A DNA stretch of 63,958 bases, counting the filler, from Lama guanicoe (lineage: Eukaryota): NCBI GenBank assembly GCA_013239625.1. It is 78 parts of 76 records of this genome, joined end to end, with 100 filler letters (N's around TTAATTAATTAA, not from the genome) between each part and the next. Parts side by side here need not be neighbours in the genome. Positions count along the whole stretch, not along the records: positions 1 to 814 come from MU057069.1; positions 915 to 2,027 come from MU057070.1; positions 2,128 to 2,658 come from MU057071.1; positions 2,759 to 3,217 come from PNXV01024877.1; positions 3,318 to 3,755 come from PNXV01024878.1; positions 3,856 to 4,421 come from PNXV01024879.1; positions 4,522 to 5,297 come from PNXV01024880.1; positions 5,398 to 6,256 come from PNXV01024882.1; 70 more parts are not named here. One strand, written 5' to 3'. The first letter of the stretch is position 1. Each line of letters opens with the position of its first letter. A program made the position numbers and the translations under genes. The notes under the pieces were generated by a model that saw only the letters and a list, made by a program, of their open reading frames with translations, ran no database searches and was not told where the DNA came from. Positions 1-11,503 of this stretch are shown piece after piece.

Positions 1-814
1 GAGAACCCCTGCCTGCCTGTGCTTCTCAGTCACCTGCCCATACTTCCACACTTTCATAGTCGCTCTTAACCTGCAGCTTTTACTTCCATAGACTCTTTGT
101 CTGTTCCGTCCACTGTCACCAGGCCTAGGGGTATCCAACCCAAGAGAGGTCCTGGAGCTGATGAAACCAGTCAATTCCTCAAAAGTAAAGCAAAGCTGGG
201 CACTTTGAGGTGGTTTGCTTTTGTGGAAACATAGAACTAGCCACTGTGGGGAGCAAGGCTGATATGAGAAGGTCAGGTTTCTCTGGGGAGAGTTAGCAGG
301 CGGGGGAGAAGTCCCATTTGCCTGAATTTTCATTTGCTCTCAGTGGTTCCTTAAGTATTCAGGTATTAGTACTTTTCTTAATTTGTTCAATTGTTTATGA
401 TAAAGATATTAACCATATAACATTTAATACAAATATTTTTCATAGGCTGGTGTTTGGCTTTTTATTGTCAGTAAGTTTTTTTCCCCTCTTATATCTCTAT
501 TAGCCTTTTTTTGTTTTTGTTTTGTGTTAGCCTTTCTATATGGGAACATAGTATGTCTTTGCATTTGTTCATTTCTTGTATCTTTCAGTAACTTTCCATA
601 TGCTAGATACACACAATTTTCAGTATTATTGCATCTGTGCAGTATTTTCCTGAGTGCCCCTAGTTTCATAGCTATGTGAGTAGTTAGGTTATGGATGTGT
701 CACAATTGCATATAAACTTATAGCACATCCAGTACTCCTTGGGGACTTTTTATTGTCTTCTACTTTGTCATAACAACTCAGTCCCATACAAACTAGTTGG
801 TTGATTTTTTTCCC

Positions 815-914
815 NNNNNNNNNNNNNNNNNNNNNNNNNNNNNNNNNNNNNNNNNNNNTTAATTAATTAANNNNNNNNNNNNNNNNNNNNNNNNNNNNNN
901 NNNNNNNNNNNNNN
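815..914. other. Artificial scaffold-joining spacer N44-TTAATTAATTAA-N44 (first of about 77 copies; last at 63791-63890)
   Basis: The same 100-bp block recurs every 0.5-1.5 kb. The palindromic core gives TAA in all six frames, and the sequences on either side are unrelated. Confidence 0.98.
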
Positions 915-959
915 GAGAAATGACTTGGGAATAAGTGAATATTGACTTTCCATATTTCC

Positions 960-1838
960 TTCCGCTTGTATTGAGATATAATTGGTATAAAACATTGTAT
1001 AAGTTTAGGTGCACAGGAAACTGATTTGATATACAAGTATCATTAAATAAATATCATAACAACTTTACGGAGAATTCATTATCTCATTTAGATACAATAT
1101 TAAAGAGATACAATTTGCCTTTTGGTTGTGATGAGAAAACTTAGGGTCTACTCCCTTAAGAACATTCATATATAACATAAAGCAGTATTAATTTTAATTT
1201 TCATGTTACTATGGGGCATCCCTAGGACACATTTATTTTACGGCTGGTGGTTTGTAGCTTTTAAGTGCATTAAACAAATCGTCCTTTCCCAACCCCTGCC
1301 TCTGTTAACTACAAATCTAATATTTTTCTATAAGTGTGTTTGTTTTTGAAATGTACTTTAATCCATAAACTGTGTTAGTTCCTCTTACACAANNNNNNNN
1401 NNNNNNNNNNNNNNNNNNNNNNNNNNNNNNNNNNNNNNNNNNNNNNNNNNNNNNNNNNNNNNNNNNNNNNNNNNNNNNNNNNNNNNNNNNNNNNNNNNNN
1501 NNNNNNNNNNNNNNNNNNNNNNNNNNNNNNNNNNNNNNNNNNNNNNNNNNNNNNNNNNNNNNNNNNNNNNNNNNNNNNNNNNNNNNNCCTCACACAATTA
1601 CCCTCCTTCTTCTGAACAAGCTGTTACTTTTTATACCTATATCTCATTTTGTGTTGTGTTATGCTCATTTCTTTTAAATTCCTAATATGAGTAAAATCAT
1701 ACAGCATTTGTCATTCTATTTGTGACTTTTTTCACTTAGCATATTACCCTCTTGGTCTAACTATTGTTTGCAAATGAAGAAGTTATTATTTTTATAGCTG
1801 AGTAATAACCCATCGTATTTTTATCTGTTTGTGTACAT

Positions 1839-1886
<48 letters not shown>

Positions 1887-2027
1887 ATCTATAAAATATA
1901 AAAATAAAAAATATAGATGGGTAGATATATATACTATAAACACAGATATTCTTTATCCATCATCTATTGTTGAACAACTAACTTGCTTCTATATCCTCTC
2001 TATTGTAAATAATGCTGCAGTGAATAT
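960..2027 (-). mobile_element. Old LINE-1 3' end/3'UTR fragment
   Basis: Antisense L1 3' motifs: 'ttttttcacttagcat', 'tttttatagctgagtaata', 'ttctttatccatcatctattgttgaac', 'tattgtaaataatgctgcagtgaatat'. Confidence 0.75.
1841..1884 (+). repeat. (AGAT)11 microsatellite
   Basis: Perfect tetranucleotide run read directly from the sequence. Confidence 0.97.
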
Positions 2028-2127
2028 NNNNNNNNNNNNNNNNNNNNNNNNNNNNNNNNNNNNNNNNNNNNTTAATTAATTAANNNNNNNNNNNNNNNNN
2101 NNNNNNNNNNNNNNNNNNNNNNNNNNN

Positions 2128-2658
2128 ACAGGGAACACCTGTGACTGAAGAGAGCTGCCTGGAGTTGTCTCTGGAGCTCGCCCACGCACTTATAATGTTT
2201 CCCGAATCCTGAGCGTGGGGAGGTTCCACCAACGGTCGGCAGCGCGTGGGTTCTAACGGAATGCCTAAGCTCGTCTCCCCTGAGGGTTTTCCTAATGTCT
2301 CTGTGCCAGGGAATGCNNNNNNNNNNNNNNNNNNNNNNNNNNNNNNNNNNNNNNNNNNNNNNNNNNNNNNNNNNNNNCACCGAGCAGGGAACACCTTTGA
2401 CTGAAGAGAGCTGCGTGGAGTTGTCTCTCGAGCTCCCCCACGCACTGACAATGTTTCCGGAACCCTGAGCGTGGGGAGGTTCCACCAACGGTCGGACGCG
2501 AGTGGGTTATAACGGAATGCCTAAGCTCCTCTCCCCTGAGGGTTTTCCTACTCTCTCTGTGCCAGGGAATGCTAGGGGATTTTGCAGTAATTCCCAGTGA
2601 CAGAGGCTTCCTCCCGAACGTCAGGGAAGTTATTTCTCGGACTTCCCCGAACAGGGAA
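2128..2658 (-). repeat. Satellite A (267-bp GC-rich monomer), reverse orientation
   Basis: Reverse complement of the unit at 4522-5297 and 9352-10796 (e.g. 'gggaacacctgtgactgaagagagctg'). Confidence 0.95.
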
Positions 2659-2758
2659 NNNNNNNNNNNNNNNNNNNNNNNNNNNNNNNNNNNNNNNNNN
2701 NNTTAATTAATTAANNNNNNNNNNNNNNNNNNNNNNNNNNNNNNNNNNNNNNNNNNNN

Positions 2759-3217
2759 TAGACCAATGGAACAGAACAGAGAGCCCAGAAATGAACCCAC
2801 AAACTTGGTCAGCTAATCTTCGACAAAGGAGGTAAGAATATACAATGGAATAAAGACAGTCTCTTCAGCAAATGGTGTTGGGAAAACTGGACAGCAGCAT
2901 GTAAAGCAGTGAAGCTAGAACACTTCCTTACACCGTACACAAAAATCAACTCAAAATGGATCAAAGACTTAAACATAAGACAAGATACAATAAACCTCCT
3001 AGAGGAAAATATAGGCAAAACATTATCTGACATACATCTCAAAAATTTTCTCCTAGAAGAAATAAAAGCAAGAATAAACAAATGGGACCTAATGAAACTT
3101 ACAAGCTTCTGCACAGCAAAGGAAACCATAAGTAAAACAAAAAGACAACATACAGGATGGTAGATGGTAGAAAATTTTTGCAAATGAAACCAACAAAGGC
3201 TTGATCTCTAGAATATA
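2759..3217 (+). mobile_element. LINE-1 ORF2 fragment (post-RT region)
   Basis: ORF 2909-3163 '[38 protein letters not shown]...[18 protein letters not shown]' is typical L1 ORF2p. Confidence 0.95.
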
Positions 3218-3339
3218 NNNNNNNNNNNNNNNNNNNNNNNNNNNNNNNNNNNNNNNNNNNNTTAATTAATTAANNNNNNNNNNNNNNNNNNNNNNNNNNN
3301 NNNNNNNNNNNNNNNNNCAACCCCTCCCTAATGTTACTT

Positions 3340-3755
3340 TTCTATTACTACTGTGACAAATTTCCATTAAGCCATTAAGTTATGGCTTAAACCACCACGG
3401 ATTTATCACCTTATGGCTCTGGAGGTCAGAGATCCAGCACAGTTCTCACTGGGCTAAATTCAAGGTACCAGCAGGGTGCCTGCCTTCTGGAGGGTCTAGA
3501 AGAGAATGTTTCCTTGTTTATGTTTTTTTTTTCAGTTTCCAGAGGTCACCCACCTTCCTTAGCTTGTGCCCCACGACTTCCTCCATCTTCATGGCCAGCA
3601 ACCTTTTTGAACACTGCTCCATGGCTGCACCTCCCTCTGACCCTAAACTCAGCTGGGAAATGTCCTCCGCTTTTAAGGATGCCTGTGATTACACTGAGCC
3701 CACCTAGACAATCCAGGCTACTCACCCTATCACCTCATCTCAGGATCCCCTTTTC
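3340..3755. mobile_element. MaLR (MLT1-type) LTR fragment
   Basis: Motifs 'ggcttaaaccacca...tctggaggtcagagatcc...ctcactgggctaaattcaaggt' and 'cttttaaggatgcctgtgattacactgagcccacct...aatccagg'. Confidence 0.8.
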
Positions 3756-3855
3756 NNNNNNNNNNNNNNNNNNNNNNNNNNNNNNNNNNNNNNNNNNNNT
3801 TAATTAATTAANNNNNNNNNNNNNNNNNNNNNNNNNNNNNNNNNNNNNNNNNNNN

Positions 3856-4078
3856 GTGGCTAGCCTTGTGACTGCCATGGTGCCTGGGGCCGTGTTATTC
3901 ACCAAGTTACTATTACAATAGGTGTATAATGAATCTCAAGATCTGCTAGAAGTTAAATCTCTTCATCCTGAGCCTCAAGGCCTATTGGGGGTTGAATCCT
4001 TCACCATTTTGATGTCAATTGCTGTGGCCTTCCTTGAATGGCTGTGCTCTTCCCCCTTCCATCCTGTATCCTGTCTCA
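3856..4078 (-). mobile_element. ERV LTR 5' portion, same family as 5398-5936
   Basis: Shares 'tcaag..cta.tggg.gttga....tcaccat.ttg.tg', 'aatggctgtg...ttcccccttcc...cctgtctca' with 5838-5936. Ends in TGAGAC on the minus strand. Confidence 0.7.
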
Positions 4079-4264
4079 CTGTGATGACACAGAGAGAGCA
4101 AAGGCCGGGCCCTGCATGTGCTCCTGCATTTAACAGCGGGAGATGTGGGGTGGGCTGAGGATGACTCTGAGTGGTGAGAAAGATGTTTCAGATTTTCCCA
4201 CATGAGACATGGGGACCTGCCAGCAGCCATCGCAGATTTATCTCATGGGCATTATCGCTTGTGT

Positions 4265-4421
4265 TGTTACGGAAACAAGAAACAAGCACCACTCAGAGGG
4301 TGGGAGTACTGAGATTTATTATGCCAGCGGGCTCAGAGGGGCTTCTGTTCCCAAGCTCTGAGCCCCTCCAAAACGTGCACACGAGGTTTTATAGGGTTAA
4401 TTACAAGTATGGGGCTATTAG
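4265..4421 (-). mobile_element. ERV LTR 3' end (second family)
   Basis: The minus strand has AATAAA ('tttatt' near 4315) and ends in ...GTAACA, a typical LTR R-U5 end. Confidence 0.55.
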
Positions 4422-4521
4422 NNNNNNNNNNNNNNNNNNNNNNNNNNNNNNNNNNNNNNNNNNNNTTAATTAATTAANNNNNNNNNNNNNNNNNNNNNNN
4501 NNNNNNNNNNNNNNNNNNNNN

Positions 4522-5297
4522 GTCACTGGGATTTCCTGCGACCCCCCCTAGCATTCCCTGGCAGAGAGACGTGAGGAAAACGCTCAGTGGAGACGAGCAC
4601 AGGCATTACGTTAGAACCCACGCGCTGCCGAACGTTGGTGGAACCTCCCCACGCTCAGGATTCCGGAACCATTGTCATTGAGTGGTGGAGCTCGAGAGAC
4701 AACTCCACGCAGCTCTCTTCAGTCACAGGTGTTCCCTAAATCTCTTCAGTCACAGGTGTTCCCTGTTCGGGGAAGTCCGAGAAATATCTTCCCTGACCTT
4801 GGGGAGGCAGCCTCTGTCACTGGGATTTCCTGCAAACCCCCTAGCATTCCCTGACACAGAGTCATGAGGGAAAACCTCAGGGGAGACGAGCACAAGCATT
4901 CCATTAGAACCCACCTGCTGCCGACCGGTGGTGGAACCTCCCCACGCTCAGAATTCCGGATCATTTGTCATTGAGTGGGGTCCCTCGAGAGACAACTCCA
5001 CACAGCTCTCTTCAGTCACAGGTGTTCCCTGCTCGGGGAAGTCCGAGAAATACATTCCCTGACCTTGGGGAGGAAGCTTCTGTCACTGGGATTTCCTGCA
5101 AACCCCCTAGCATTCCCTGACACAGAGTCATGAGGGAAAACCTCAGGGGAGACGAGCACAGGCATTCCGTTAGAACCCACGCGCTGCCGTCTGTTGGTGG
5201 AACCTCCCCACGCTCAGAATTCCGGATCATTTGTCATTGAGTGGGGTCCCTCGAGAGACAACTCCACACAGCTCTCTTCAGTCACAGGTGTTCCCTG
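4522..5297 (+). repeat. Satellite A (266-267-bp monomer), about 3 copies
   Basis: 'gtcactgggatttcctgc' at 4522, 4816 and 5082. The first interval includes a 27-bp insertion. Confidence 0.97.
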
Positions 5298-5397
5298 NNN
5301 NNNNNNNNNNNNNNNNNNNNNNNNNNNNNNNNNNNNNNNNNTTAATTAATTAANNNNNNNNNNNNNNNNNNNNNNNNNNNNNNNNNNNNNNNNNNNN

Positions 5398-5936
5398 CGA
5401 AGTGTTGGTCCTTGGTTTGCCCAGGAACGAAATCAAGAGAGAGCCAAAGTTCAGTAAAAGTAGATTTATTCAGAGAGAGATATACTTCACAGACAGAGTG
5501 GGCTGTTTCAAAAGGCAAGAGAAAAGCCATGAGGCGTGGGGTTTGGGTGCTCCAGTTTAAAGTAAAAGTAGATACACACTTCACAGACATAGTGTCGGCT
5601 GTCTCCCTTAGCAGAGAGAGCAGCCATGAGGTGTGGGGTTGTTGGTATTTATGCACTCATTATCTTCATATGCTTATAAGTGGGAGGAATATTCCAACTG
5701 CTTTGGGGAAGGTATTGGGATTCCCAGAAATTGGGCCAGCACTCACCCTTTGACCTTTTATGGTCAGCCTTGAACCTGTCCTGGCAACTGTGGGAGTGCC
5801 ATTTAGCATCCTGCTGTATTTCGGAGAGTGTATTGAAGCTCAAGATCTACTGGGAGTTGACTTTTCCACCATCTTGGTGCTAATGGCTGTGCCATTCTTT
5901 TAATGGCTGTGCCCTTCCCCCTTCCCTCCTGTCTCA
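5398..5936 (-). mobile_element. ERV LTR, near complete, with an internal ~107-bp imperfect duplication
   Basis: Minus strand starts TGAGAC at 5936 and has AATAAA near 5465. 'agtaaaagtagat...cttcacagaca...gccatgagg.gtggggtt' occurs at about 5454 and 5561. Confidence 0.7.
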
Positions 5937-6582
5937 TGAAGGAGCTCTGGACTGATTGCACAATTGCAGAGCAGGGGACAGAGTAGAAAAAACTTCATAA
6001 GTGGAAGATGGAAGGCATTGTTGGCAGTAGAATTCTCAACTCAATTATAAAGTAAGGGTCTTCTGTTTGCTGGGGGTAACTGGTGTCACATTAGGGAGCT
6101 GTGAGCCTTGGGGACATCAGTGAGTCTGTGGCTCACTGTGTATACTGTGTTGCTTCTTAGGCGGCCTGAGGACAGTTGGCTTATAAGTGACCCATTCACT
6201 CAAGAAGTCTCTTTAGTGATTTTCTGCATGTGAGGCTAACATGGGTCTCAGGGGGGNNNNNNNNNNNNNNNNNNNNNNNNNNNNNNNNNNNNNNNNNNNN
6301 TTAATTAATTAANNNNNNNNNNNNNNNNNNNNNNNNNNNNNNNNNNNNNNNNNNNNCAACCCTCACGAGGCCATTGCTGTGGCTTGTCGGAAGTTTACAC
6401 TGAAATGCAGGTGGTACCCAAGCTTTATGGTATAGGTGCTGCTGTCAGTGGAGGCAAGGAGCTCACAGTTGTTGGGGGAGGCCACTTGTGGTCTCCTCCT
6501 TGGCTGGAGAGCTGAATGGAATCCAGTTTCCCTCTGCAACTTAGACATCCAGCATGAGAGATAAGTAAGGGCATCTGGCCTC

Positions 6583-6901
6583 TCAACATAGAAATGATGC
6601 CCCTGAAGTCGTACTTAAAATTGTAACCTCCTGGCTCCACCAGGGAGCAGAGGCCATGGCCTGTTGTCCACCACGTTTTCTTTCCTTGCACGACAGCTAC
6701 AATGGGGTGAGTTAACACCGGACCAGAAAATCTACAAAGCCATCAACATAGAAATGATGCCCCTGAAGTCGTACTTAAAATTGTAACCTCCTGGCTCCAC
6801 CAGGGAGCAGAGGCCATGGCCTGTTGTCCACCACGTTTTCTTTCCTTGCACGACAGCTACAATGGGGTGAGTTAACACCGGACCAGAAAATCTACAAAGC
6901 C
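6583..6901 (+). repeat. Exact 159-bp direct tandem duplication separated by one A
   Basis: 6583-6741 is identical to 6743-6901. Confidence 0.95.
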
Positions 6902-7091
6902 CTCGTGTACTATTTCCTGACAGTTGCAGGTCACTCAAATATCCCAGATCCTTCAAGTAAACAACTAGTAAGAGGAACTGAGCTGGCTTGTNNNNNNNNN
7001 NNNNNNNNNNNNNNNNNNNNNNNNNNNNNNNNNNNTTAATTAATTAANNNNNNNNNNNNNNNNNNNNNNNNNNNNNNNNNNNNNNNNNNNN

Positions 7092-8003
7092 ACTGTACAA
7101 AAATAAACTCAAAATGTATTAAATATCTGAATCAAATAAACGACACAAGAAAACATCTGGATACTAACATCGGCAAAACAAGAGATAAATTGTAGTAAAA
7201 TTTTCTTATGTCACTCTCCAAATCTGAAAACATTAAAAGCAAGATAATCAAATAGATCCTAATTAAACTTAAAAGCTTCAACACAGCAAAATTAACAGAA
7301 TGAAAATTTGAACTTCCAAATGGGAGAAAACATTAGGAAACAATGCAATCAACAAGAGGCTAATTTCTAAAATACACTAATCATTCATATAACTCCAATT
7401 CAAATATCTACAAACAACTCAGCTAGAAAATGAGCAGAAGACAATTCTTTAAAGAAGATACACTGATGACAAACAAGAACATAAAAATATGCTCACATTG
7501 CTAATCAATATACAAAGGCAAGGCAAAAATTAAACAATGTTTTACATCACACTAGTGAGAAGGGCTGTCATCCAAATGCCTACAAATACAAAGACTTTGG
7601 AGGTTGTAGAGAAAAAGGGATTCTCCAACGCTATTTTTAGGAATGAAAATTGGTGCAACCACTTTGGAAACAGTATGGAAGTGCCTTTAAATAATAAATA
7701 TAGACCTATCATATCACACAGCAATTCCACTCCTGGATATATAAAACTTAAAACCAGAAAACAAAGAATCCGAATAGGGTAAAATATAAGAAGCACACTT
7801 GACTTTAATTGATTTTTCATGTCTCCTCTGCCAAGGGAAGCAGAAGCAAAACTAACAAAAGATGATTGTATCAGTCTAAACACATTTACACTGCAGAAGA
7901 AATGATCAATAAAATTAATATTCAACCAGCAAAATGGGAGAATATATTTGCAACAGATATTATCCAACCGTGTTAATATCCAAAATATACAGCAAACTCA
8001 TAC
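7092..8003 (+). mobile_element. Decayed LINE-1 ORF2 3' region (two overlapping remnants)
   Basis: 'aaaaataaactcaaaatgtattaaatatct', 'aattaaacttaaaagcttc', 'aaattggtgcaaccactttggaaacagtatgga', 'cagcaattccactcctggatatat'. Confidence 0.85.
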
Positions 8004-8103
8004 NNNNNNNNNNNNNNNNNNNNNNNNNNNNNNNNNNNNNNNNNNNNTTAATTAATTAANNNNNNNNNNNNNNNNNNNNNNNNNNNNNNNNNNNNNNNNN
8101 NNN

Positions 8104-8651
8104 CCCCCAAAAATAGGATATACATTCTTTTCAAGTGCACATGGAACATTTTCCAGGATCGATCATGTACTTGGGCACAAAAGAAACCTCAACAAATTTA
8201 AGAAGATAGAAATTATCTCAAGCATCTTTACTGACCACAATGCCATGAAACAGAGAAACAAAGGAGAAAAAAAGGAAAGCATGGAGCTTAAACAATATGT
8301 TATTGAGAAAACAATGGAAAAATGTGGAAATCAAAGCTGAAATTAAAAAATACCTTGAGACAAATGATAACGAAAGCACAACCACTCAAAACCTATGGGA
8401 CACAGCAACGGCAGTGATAAAAGGGAAGTTTATAGCGATACAGGCCTTCCTCAAGAAAGAAGAACAATCTCAAATAAACAAGTTAACCCACCGCCTGAAT
8501 CAATTAGAAAAAGAACAACAAAAAAGCAGAAGGAAGAATAAAGATCAGAGAGGAATTAAATACAATAGAGATTAACAAGACCATAGAAAAAATCAACCAA
8601 ACCAAAAGCTGTTTTTTTGAAAAAGTAAATGAAATCGACAAACCTAACCTC
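8104..8651 (+). mobile_element. LINE-1 ORF2 endonuclease C-terminal region and downstream linker
   Basis: Reads YTFFSSAHGTFSRIDHVLGHK, then ORF 8297 'EIKKYLETNDNESTTTQNLWDTATAVIKGKFIAIQAFLKK'. Confidence 0.95.
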
Positions 8652-8751
8652 NNNNNNNNNNNNNNNNNNNNNNNNNNNNNNNNNNNNNNNNNNNNTTAAT
8701 TAATTAANNNNNNNNNNNNNNNNNNNNNNNNNNNNNNNNNNNNNNNNNNNN

Positions 8752-9251
8752 TAAATAGAAAAGCAGCAGGATGCTACAGAAATGAGAAACTCACAACTGG
8801 AAAGGTGATAACTCATGAATTACAAATAAAGAAAACACGAAATTATAAAAGGAGACATTCAAATCACTGAGAGTGGGAGAGGGAGGCAGGGAAATATAGA
8901 TTCTTTTTCCTTCTTTTTTAAATTTTTTTAACACTAGGATGGGTTTGAGATCATGTTATTATCAGTTTAATAAAAACAGGTATAGGTTAATAGATTTACA
9001 AAAAAGGGTAGCCACAAGTCAAAAACTTACAAGGGAGTCACAAAAATTAAATAAAATCCATGATAATACAAAGAAAAATTTCCAAACCACAAAAGGAAGA
9101 AGAAAGGAACAAAGAGGATATACCACAAGAACCTTTGCTGCATGCAAGAGACCCACTTTAAGGAGAAGGACACATATAGATTGAGAGTGAAAGGATGGAA
9201 AAGGATATTCCATGCAAATGGAAAAGCCAAAAAAGCAGGTGTTGCGTTGCA
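8752..9251 (+). mobile_element. LINE-1 inter-ORF region joined to an ORF2 endonuclease fragment
   Basis: From about 9136 it reads CCMQETHFKEKDTYRLRVKGWKRIFHANGKAKKAGVA, an L1 EN motif. Confidence 0.85.
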
Positions 9252-9351
9252 NNNNNNNNNNNNNNNNNNNNNNNNNNNNNNNNNNNNNNNNNNNNTTAAT
9301 TAATTAANNNNNNNNNNNNNNNNNNNNNNNNNNNNNNNNNNNNNNNNNNNN

Positions 9352-10796
9352 ACTCCACACAGCTCTCTTCAGTCACAGGTGTTACCTGTTTGGGGAAGTC
9401 TTAGAAATACCTTCCCTGACCTTGGGGGGGCGGCCTCTGTCCCTGGGACTTCCTGCAAACCCCCCTAGCATTCCCTGGCACAGAGACATTAGGAAAACCC
9501 TCAGGGGAGACGAGCTTAGGCATTCCGTTAGAACCCACGCGCTGCCGACCGTTGGTGGAACCTCCCCAGGCTCAGGATTCCGGAACCATTGTCAGTGCGT
9601 GGGGGAGCTCGAGAGACAACTCCACGCAGCTCTCTTCAGTCACAGGTGTTACCTGTTTGGGGAAGTCTTAGAAATACCTTCCCTGACCTTGGGGGGGCGG
9701 CCTCTGTCCCTGGGACTTCCTGCAAAACCCCCTAGCATTCCCTGGCAGAGAGACATTAGGAAAAGCCTCAGGGGAGTCGAGCTTCTGCATTCCGTTAGAA
9801 CCCACGTGCTGCCGACCGATGGTGGAACATCCCAACTCTCAGGATTCCGGAAATATTGTCAGTGCGTTGGGGAGCTCGAGAGACAACTCCACGCAGCTCT
9901 CTTCAGTCACAGGTGTTCCCTGTTNNNNNNNNNNNNNNNNNNNNNNNNNNNNNNNNNNNNNNNNNNNNNNNNNNNNNNNNNNNNNNNNNNNNNNNNNNNN
10001 NNNNNNNNNNNNNNNNNNNNNNNNNNNNNNNNNNNNNNNNNNNNNNNNNNNNNNNNNNNNNNNNNNNNNNNNNNNNNNNNNNNNNNNNNNNNNNNNNNNN
10101 NNNNNNNNNNNNNNNNNNNNNNNNNNNNNNNNNNNNNNNNNNNNNNNNNNNNNNNNNNNNNNNNNNNNNNNNNNNNNNNNNNNNNNNNNNNNNNNNNNNN
10201 NNNNNNNNNNNNNNNNNNNNNNNNNNNNNNNNNNNNNNNNNNNNNNNNNNNNNNNNNNNNNNNNNNNNNNNNNNNNNNNNNNNNNNNNNNNNNNNNNNNN
10301 NNNNNNNNNNNNNNNNNNNNNNNNNNNNNNNNNNNNNNNNNNNNNNNNNNNNNNNNNNNNNNNNNNNNNNNNNNNNNNNNNNNNNNNNNNNNNNNNNNNN
10401 NNNNNNNNNNNNNNNNNNNNNNNNNNNNNNNNNNNNNNNNNNNNNNNNNNNNNNNNNNNNNNNNNNNNNNNNNNNNNNNNNNNNNNNNNNNNNNNNNNNN
10501 NNNNNNNNNNNNNNNNNNNNNNNNNNNNNNNNNNNNNNNNNNNNNNNNNNNNNNNNNNNNNNNNNNNNNNNNNNNNNNNNNNNNNNNNNNNNNNNNNNNN
10601 NNNNNCTCCCCACGCTCACGATTAGGAACCATTGTCAGTGAGTGGGGGAGCTCGAGAGACAACTCCACGCAGCTCTCTTCAGTCACAGGTGTTCACTGTT
10701 CGGGGAAGTGCGAGAAAAACCTTCCCTGACCTTGGGGAGGAAGCCTATGTCACTGGGAGTTCCTGCAAACCCCCCTAGCATTCCCTGGCCCAGAGA
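9352..10796 (+). repeat. Satellite A (267-bp monomer) with an internal gap
   Basis: 'ctccac.cagctctcttcagtcacagg' at 9353, 9620 and 9887 gives an exact 267-bp period. Confidence 0.97.
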
Positions 10797-10896
10797 NNNN
10801 NNNNNNNNNNNNNNNNNNNNNNNNNNNNNNNNNNNNNNNNTTAATTAATTAANNNNNNNNNNNNNNNNNNNNNNNNNNNNNNNNNNNNNNNNNNNN

Positions 10897-11170
10897 TTTA
10901 GCAATTCTAGGGCTATTCTACTGATCTGTCCTGTTGGGTGAGTTGTAGTAGTCTCTGTGTTTCAAGGGGTAGGTCACTAATCTGAGCTGTCAGATTTCCA
11001 TGTGTGCTGCTGTTCGTGGTGTTTATCATCCTCTTCATGTCTGCGGTATCGGTAGTAAAATCACATTTCGTTCCTGAAGTTGTTAGTGTCTTTTTCTCCT
11101 TTGTTTTGTCACACTTGCTAGGGATTTATTGATTTTATGAATATTTTCAAAGAACCAGGTTCATTGCTGT
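10897..11170 (-). mobile_element. Old LINE-1 ORF2 remnant
   Basis: 'cttgctagggatttattgattttatgaatattttcaaagaaccag' is the antisense of the L1 WFFEKINK region. Confidence 0.55.
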
Positions 11171-11503
11171 AGGCTAGGCACGCGGCTGGGTTGGGGTCCA
11201 TTGCAGCCATGTATCCCCGAGAAAGCCTGGGAGGCAACAGAGGGCTTTCCTCTGTGACGTGGAAGTGGCCACAGCCAGGGCATCAAGGCCAGTGTGGCAA
11301 GTGGGACCACCTGGGACCTTTGCCCACCCAGGTGGGTCACTCGTCACTAGAGGTTGCCAGCTCCAGGGCCTTCGTGTCTCCTTCTGTGAAAGCGATGGGA
11401 ATTNNNNNNNNNNNNNNNNNNNNNNNNNNNNNNNNNNNNNNNNNNNNTTAATTAATTAANNNNNNNNNNNNNNNNNNNNNNNNNNNNNNNNNNNNNNNNN
11501 NNN

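Noticed and set aside
4765..4782. CENP-B-box-like word GTTCGGGGAAGTCCGAGA in satellite A
   Set aside because: It matches only 7 of the 9 essential positions (TTCG....A..CGGG) and is not conserved across monomers (TTTGGGGAAGTCTTAG at 9.4 kb).
9422..10729. 435-aa ORF with repeating 89-aa units
   Set aside because: It is the translation of satellite A (267 bp = 89 codons) plus an N-run. Other copies have 266-bp units or stops.
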